NCBI GenBank assembly: GCA_041690695.1
Contig: JBEPVZ010000003.1
Span: forward strand, 13,633-77,632
Source: Candidatus Daviesbacteria bacterium
Lineage (GTDB): Bacteria; Patescibacteriota; Microgenomatia; Daviesbacterales; UBA10151
Direction: 5' to 3'
DNA length: 64,000 bases
The translations under genes were made by a program, and so were the position numbers. Below, in pieces: positions 59,161 to 64,000 of this stretch. Position 1 is the first letter of the stretch; every line of letters starts with the position of its first letter. Under the pieces are notes generated by a model. It saw nothing but the letters and a program-made list of their open reading frames with translations. It ran no database searches and was not told where the DNA came from.

Positions 59161-61035
59161 CTAAACAGTTTTTTTACCAACAATCTTCTCAAACTCATCA
59201 GCCTCGAGAGTTTCAGTAATCAGTAATTCTTTGGCAACTTTATCAAGCTTAGCTTTATGCTTTTTTAAGACTTCTAAAGCTTGTTTATACGCGGTATCCA
59301 TAATCTTTCTAATCTCTTGATCAACCTTAGCATGCATCTCGGCTGAAACACCTGATGCATCATCTGGATTACCAGCCCAGCCAAACATTGATCTGGAGTG
59401 AAGGCTAATCGGCCCAAGCGGTGACATTCCAAATTCAGTCACCATCTGACGAGCGATACTGGTGGCAACTTCAATATCTGATGAAGCACCTGTTGAGATA
59501 TCTTTAAAAATCAATTCTTCAGCCGCTTGACCACCCAAAGCCGTTGTGACTTGAGCAACTAATCTCGATTTAGTTTCGTTTGAACGGTCTTCAACCGGTG
59601 GGAACATGGTATGTCCGCCTGACATCCCTCGAGCCACGATCGTAATCCGATGAACTGGATCAACATTAGCTAAGAAGTGACCAACAATGGCGTGACCAGC
59701 TTCATGATAAGCTGATAATTTTCGATCAGTCTCAGTTTGCAAACGGGTTTTCTTAGCACCCATCTTTTCCCGAGTGGCAGCTTCTTCAAGATCTTTATTA
59801 TCAATAACTTTTTTATCTTCGCGGGCGGCTAAGATAGCGGCTTCATTTAACATATTGGCTAAATCAGCACCTGAAAACCCGATCGTCCGCTTGGCTAATC
59901 GATCAACATTAACTTCAGGCGCAAACGGTTTACCTTGCATATGGAGTTCAATAATAGCTTTGCGCTCCTCTAAACTTGGCAGTTGAATAACCACACGGCG
60001 ATCAAATCGGCCTGGTCGAACTAAAGCTTGATCTAATAGATCCGGTCGGTTAGTTGCTCCAATGACGATGACTTGATCATTCGGGGTAAATCCATCCATC
60101 TCGACTAAGATCTGATTTAAAGTTTGCTCCCTTTCATCATGACCACCCATCATCCCCGATCCCCGAGCTCGGCCGATTGATTCAATCTCATCAATAAAGA
60201 TAATTGAAGGCGAACCTTTTTTAGCAGTTGCAAACATATCTCGAACACGCGCCGCTCCAACTCCAACTAACATCTCCATAAATTCAGATCCAGCGATTGA
60301 GTAAAAAGGTACTCCCGCTTCTCCCGCGACAGCCCGAGCGACCAACGTTTTACCAACTCCCGCCGGACCAACCAATAAGACTCCTTTAGGAATCCTAGCT
60401 CCCAAGGCTGTAAACTTTTGGGGGGTTTTTAAAAACTCAACGATCTCTTGAAGCTCTTGTTTAGCTTCATAGGCTCCAGCCACGTTAGTAAATTTAATTT
60501 GCGGAGCATCTTTGGAAAAAACTTTAGCTCTTGATTGACCAAATGAGAAGATCCCCTGAGCACCTTCACGAGCTTGGCGGAAAATAAAGAAGAAAAATAG
60601 TAACATCAAAGCGATTGGTAAAACTGTCCCTAAAATACCTAACCAAGCTTGCCGGATTGAGACATCTTTAATATCAATTGTAACGGCTTTAGGATCAACT
60701 CCTGCGTCAAACAAAGTCGTATATAAAGATTCTGATGGCTCTTTGTGAGCATCCATAGTCTTGCCATCTTTATATGTGGCGGTTATTTGATCACCATCAA
60801 CGGACAACTTATCAACCTTATTATTCTTAATATCCGAAATGACTTGAGAAATCGGGACAACGTTACTACTTGGAGCAGTATCACTTAAGTTAACAAAAAA
60901 GATTAATGCCGCTAGCCCAATCAAAGCATAGACCGCAAAGCCTTTTAAGATTGAGGTAAATCGATTTTTAGGTAATTTTGAGAATTTAGGTCCCGCTAAG
61001 CGAGATTTAAGCAGGGATTTCTTGGAGGCCGGCAT
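59161..61035 (-). CDS. ftsH: ATP-dependent zinc metalloprotease FtsH
   Basis: 2 [38 protein letters not shown]. Confidence 0.97.
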   Translation of the reverse strand: MPASKKSLLKSRLAGPKFSKLPKNRFTSILKGFAVYALIGLAALIFFVNLSDTAPSSNVVPISQVISDIKNNKVDKLSVDGDQITATYKDGKTMDAHKEPSESLYTTLFDAGVDPKAVTIDIKDVSIRQAWLGILGTVLPIALMLLFFFFIFRQAREGAQGIFSFGQSRAKVFSKDAPQIKFTNVAGAYEAKQELQEIVEFLKTPQKFTALGARIPKGVLLVGPAGVGKTLVARAVAGEAGVPFYSIAGSEFMEMLVGVGAARVRDMFATAKKGSPSIIFIDEIESIGRARGSGMMGGHDEREQTLNQILVEMDGFTPNDQVIVIGATNRPDLLDQALVRPGRFDRRVVIQLPSLEERKAIIELHMQGKPFAPEVNVDRLAKRTIGFSGADLANMLNEAAILAAREDKKVIDNKDLEEAATREKMGAKKTRLQTETDRKLSAYHEAGHAIVGHFLANVDPVHRITIVARGMSGGHTMFPPVEDRSNETKSRLVAQVTTALGGQAAEELIFKDISTGASSDIEVATSIARQMVTEFGMSPLGPISLHSRSMFGWAGNPDDASGVSAEMHAKVDQEIRKIMDTAYKQALEVLKKHKAKLDKVAKELLITETLEADEFEKIVGKKTV

Positions 61036-61077
61036 GCGGCTAAATATAACACAAACCCAGGCTGGGATCTAGTCTGA

Positions 61078-61755
61078 TTATCTTTTCTTCCTTTTAAGAA
61101 GCCTTCCCATATCTTTAAGCGCACCATGAGCATCTTTAGTATTTTGGGCCAGATCAGTCTGATTTCTGGTATGGGCTGCATGAACAGCATCCTCGCCATG
61201 ACGTCGAATCTTGTTGGCTAGCGCAACAAACGGTCGGGCTGGGACGACCGGTATGATCGCGGCCGCAAGAGAGATGAGCCTTCCAGTCTTATCTAACCGA
61301 TCGCCAGTTGACCAATCTCGTCCAAAAACAGCACTCCCCAAAGTGAAAAAATCCCCTAGCCCCCATGGCCCAAGACCACCCGGGATCATCTCGACTCCCG
61401 TTGCGAGTACTCGACCAACTCCAGAGCTAAATCTCCGTTGAATCCAATTTCGTTCTTGACGATTAGCTTCCTCAGTGGCAAGGCGTCTTTGCCGCGACAA
61501 TAAGATCGCCCGTTTAGCAATTTCGGGAGCTAAAAGTGGATTACGATGCAGCTTTTTGGCGGCCTCAATGAGCTCCTCAGCCTCAGCTTTTCTGGCTTGC
61601 TCAGTCCGATCCACTCTAAAAGATTCAAAAGTTTGGCCTTCGGCTTTATTACGATCTTCTTTACTTACTTTACTTAATTCAGGCTGTAGGATTTGGGTTG
61701 GATCTGAGATTAAATCAGCTGAGTTCGGACCAGCTTCTTTGCTACTATCATCCAT
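61078..61755 (-). CDS. Hypothetical protein with pre-toxin TG-like motif
   Basis: EMIPG...GRDWSTGDRLDKTGRLISLAAAIIPVVP. Confidence 0.55.
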   Translation of the reverse strand: MDDSSKEAGPNSADLISDPTQILQPELSKVSKEDRNKAEGQTFESFRVDRTEQARKAEAEELIEAAKKLHRNPLLAPEIAKRAILLSRQRRLATEEANRQERNWIQRRFSSGVGRVLATGVEMIPGGLGPWGLGDFFTLGSAVFGRDWSTGDRLDKTGRLISLAAAIIPVVPARPFVALANKIRRHGEDAVHAAHTRNQTDLAQNTKDAHGALKDMGRLLKRKKR

Positions 61756-62078
61756 TACTTTATATTACTACCTGGCTCCGCTTGTTGACTCGGCTGAAGC
61801 AAAATCGGTTTATCCTCCCCCTCAGCCGCCAAAACCATACCTTGAGATTCAAAGCCCATCATCGTTCGAGGCTCGAGATTAGCAATAATCACCAATTGCT
61901 TGCCGACAAACTCCTCCGGCGTATACCACTTTTTCATCCCAGTCAAAACTTGGCGGGGATTCTCCTCACCCAAATCAATCTGGAGTTTAATTAACTTTTC
62001 AGAACCTTCAATCTCCTCAGCAGAAAGGACTGTGCCAACTTTAAGTTCTAATTTGTGAAAATCATCTATCGAAACCAT
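61755..62078 (-). CDS. Stand-alone tRNA-binding OB-fold (MetG C-terminal/Trbp111/CsaA-like)
   Basis: SIDDFHKLELKVG, GSEKL, ANLEPR.MMGFESQGMVLA. Confidence 0.9.
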   Translation of the reverse strand: MVSIDDFHKLELKVGTVLSAEEIEGSEKLIKLQIDLGEENPRQVLTGMKKWYTPEEFVGKQLVIIANLEPRTMMGFESQGMVLAAEGEDKPILLQPSQQAEPGSNIK

Positions 62079-62113
62079 AAAGTAATTAGGATTATTCGGC
62101 AGACCAAGTCTCC

Positions 62114-63133
62114 CTAACTTCCCTCCTCTTCAAAGTAATCTAATTTCATAACTTGTTTAACTTCCTTTAAAGTTTTTCTGGCTTCTTCCTGTGCCCTAGC
62201 TGTTCCTCTTTTTAAAATCTCCTCGACTAACTTAGGATTATTTTCATATTTACTACGTCGCTTCCTAATCGGCTCCAGGAATTTATTGAGGATTTCAGCT
62301 AAATATTTTTTAACCTCAATATCTCCAACCTGGCCTGTCCTATAGCGTTTTTTATATTCGTCGATTTGAGCTTTGTCTGATCCTTCACCAAAGGCGTCTA
62401 GATAAATAAATAATGGGTTACCTTCAACCGTCCCTGGGTCTGTGGCCTTGATTCGGTTAGGGTCGGTGTACATACTCATGACCTTCTTTTCGACATCTTC
62501 TTTAGAATCTGACAGATAAATAACATTACCAATGCTCTTACTCATTTTGCCATTGCCATCAGTGCCAATTAGTCTGCCGACATTCCCAACCTTAATATCT
62601 GGTTCTGGAAAAACTGTCCCATAAATTGAGTTAAAGCGTCTAGCAATCTCCCGGGCTTGTTCAATCATCGGTCGTTGATCCTCTCCAGCTGGAACAAGAT
62701 CCGTCTTTAAAAATAAAATGTCGGCGGCTTGAGAGATCGGATAAGTCACAAAGCCGACCGGAACATCTTCATTAAAGCCTTTTTGTTTAACCTCATCTTT
62801 AACGGTTGGATTACGCATTAGCCTAGCCATGGTGACCAGATTCATGAAAAACACCGTTAGTTCGGCTATTTCGGGAACTTGAGATTGAATAAAAAAAGTC
62901 GCTTTTTCAGGATCAAGACCAACTGCTAAGTTATCCATGGTCACCTCCAAAACGTTATCCCGAACCTTTTGAGGATTATCAAAATTGTCAGTTAAAGCTT
63001 GAACATCAGCCACCATGATAAAAGTCTCGTATTCGTCCTGAAGATCAACCCGACCTTTCAGTGAACCCAAATAATGGCCTAAATGAAGTTTACCGGTTGG
63101 ACGATCACCTGTAAGAATCCGTTTTTGAGCCAT
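62114..63133 (-). CDS. trpS: Tryptophan--tRNA ligase
   Basis: TGDRPTGKLHLGHY, YPISQAADI, GEDQ, KMSKS. Confidence 0.97.
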   Translation of the reverse strand: MAQKRILTGDRPTGKLHLGHYLGSLKGRVDLQDEYETFIMVADVQALTDNFDNPQKVRDNVLEVTMDNLAVGLDPEKATFFIQSQVPEIAELTVFFMNLVTMARLMRNPTVKDEVKQKGFNEDVPVGFVTYPISQAADILFLKTDLVPAGEDQRPMIEQAREIARRFNSIYGTVFPEPDIKVGNVGRLIGTDGNGKMSKSIGNVIYLSDSKEDVEKKVMSMYTDPNRIKATDPGTVEGNPLFIYLDAFGEGSDKAQIDEYKKRYRTGQVGDIEVKKYLAEILNKFLEPIRKRRSKYENNPKLVEEILKRGTARAQEEARKTLKEVKQVMKLDYFEEEGS

Positions 63134-63192
63134 ATGATGGTTATTTTAACACTTTTAAAAGTTAGCTAATATCTAGCTCTCAAAGGTCGAGT

Positions 63193-63441
63193 TTATTTTG
63201 ACTCTGAGGAATGATTAATTAAAGATGCAAATGCTTGAAAAACTTTGGGATCCTCAATTCGAGCTACAATCGGAAGTCGAGTTCTTCCATCGTGTGGTAG
63301 ACCAAAAATTACTCGACCATCGGCAAGATTAACCGGACGTCCAACCACAGGAATAGTTCTCTGGCTACTACCTTCAGCCAAAGTAACGTGTGATGCACCT
63401 TGCTCGCCATATTCTATATTAGTAACAATTTCTATTGCCAT
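63193..63441 (-). CDS. Hypothetical protein
   Basis: 82-aa ORF, same strand as neighbours, fills the gap. Confidence 0.5.
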   Translation of the reverse strand: MAIEIVTNIEYGEQGASHVTLAEGSSQRTIPVVGRPVNLADGRVIFGLPHDGRTRLPIVARIEDPKVFQAFASLINHSSESK

Positions 63442-63517
63442 AAAAAACTCCCAAAAAAAATACCCCCTTTGGGATATGCCTTTTGTTTATTTAACTAAAG
63501 ACTAGTATATCACATCT

Positions 63518-64000
63518 TTATGATTTGTCAAAATTTAGCTTTGAGCTATTTAGATACTGCCCAATTAACCCCGGCATTCTGGCGATCATAAAGACCGCTT
63601 TACCAAGCTCCGGTTTGAAGCCAAATGTACAAAAAGCCACTGCAATCGCCCCATCGACGTTTAAAGGCAATTTGCGGCCTTTTTGAGCCTCCAGCTCATG
63701 TTCTATAGCCCTAGCCAGTTTGATATAGTCTAGGCCTAAGTCATACTGCTGCAACTTAGTAATTATTAACTCAGCTCTAGGATCAACTTGATAAATTCGG
63801 TGCCCAAAGCCGCCTATGATTCGCTGCTCAGCTAAGTATTCCTCAATTAAGGACTTGATGCCTGCCTCATCTAAATCATCTTCATGAATTTTATATAAAA
63901 ACTTCATGCCGGGTTCAGCCGCCCCGCCATGCTTATCACCAATCTGTAAAATCCCAGCCGCGACAGCTTCAGACATTGATTTACCTTCCTCTGCAGCTTG
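63518..64000 (-). CDS. Citryl-CoA lyase / citrate synthase-like protein, C-terminal part (runs off window end)
   Basis: GDKHGGA, GFGHRIY..DPR, LNVDGAIA, ARMPG; frame stays open to 64000. Confidence 0.8.
   Translation of the reverse strand, partial: QAAEEGKSMSEAVAAGILQIGDKHGGAAEPGMKFLYKIHEDDLDEAGIKSLIEEYLAEQRIIGGFGHRIYQVDPRAELIITKLQQYDLGLDYIKLARAIEHELEAQKGRKLPLNVDGAIAVAFCTFGFKPELGKAVFMIARMPGLIGQYLNSSKLNFDKS

Noticed and set aside
61211-61994. Plus-strand ORFs 61211, 61475, 61698 and other short antisense or nested ORFs throughout the track
   Set aside because: Shadow ORFs of better-supported genes, with no motifs of their own

Overview
Chromosomal segment of a small-genome CPR/Patescibacteria bacterium, most likely Microgenomates (inferred from 16S primer-site variants, a 16S gene unlinked from 23S, a PolA lacking the proofreading domain, an ATP-dependent ligase and CPR-type pilins). 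Housekeeping content: pgk (partial), tRNA-Ile, tRNA-Cys, 16S rRNA, pth, recF, mutM, UDG, polA, ftsH, trpS, two SpoU methylases and two toxin-antitoxin pairs. Three accessory blocks stand out. (1) At 37-53 kb, a co-directional duplicated cassette [membrane-anchored protein - pilin fused to a large variable domain - S8 protease] lies behind a membrane-anchored Clp ATPase. It contains a 415-bp apparently identical pilin repeat and an S8 protease-phospholipase C/phosphoesterase fusion; this is the best candidate for an undescribed host-attachment/lysis system. (2) At 9-16 kb, duplicated Cys/Pro-rich surface proteins share an N-terminal domain and a C-terminal GDVHSNTKIDTxGGQ tag, followed by a stand-alone partner gene. 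(3) At 16-23 kb, an isoprenoid cluster combines archaeal-type isopentenyl phosphate kinase, IDI-2, a prenyl synthase, UppS, a Nudix protein and two Zn-phospholipase C-like genes. Smaller signals include heptamer micro-repeats inside conserved genes, REP-like palindromes and pervasive leaderless-type promoters. All calls come from motif reading by eye; no database searches were run.
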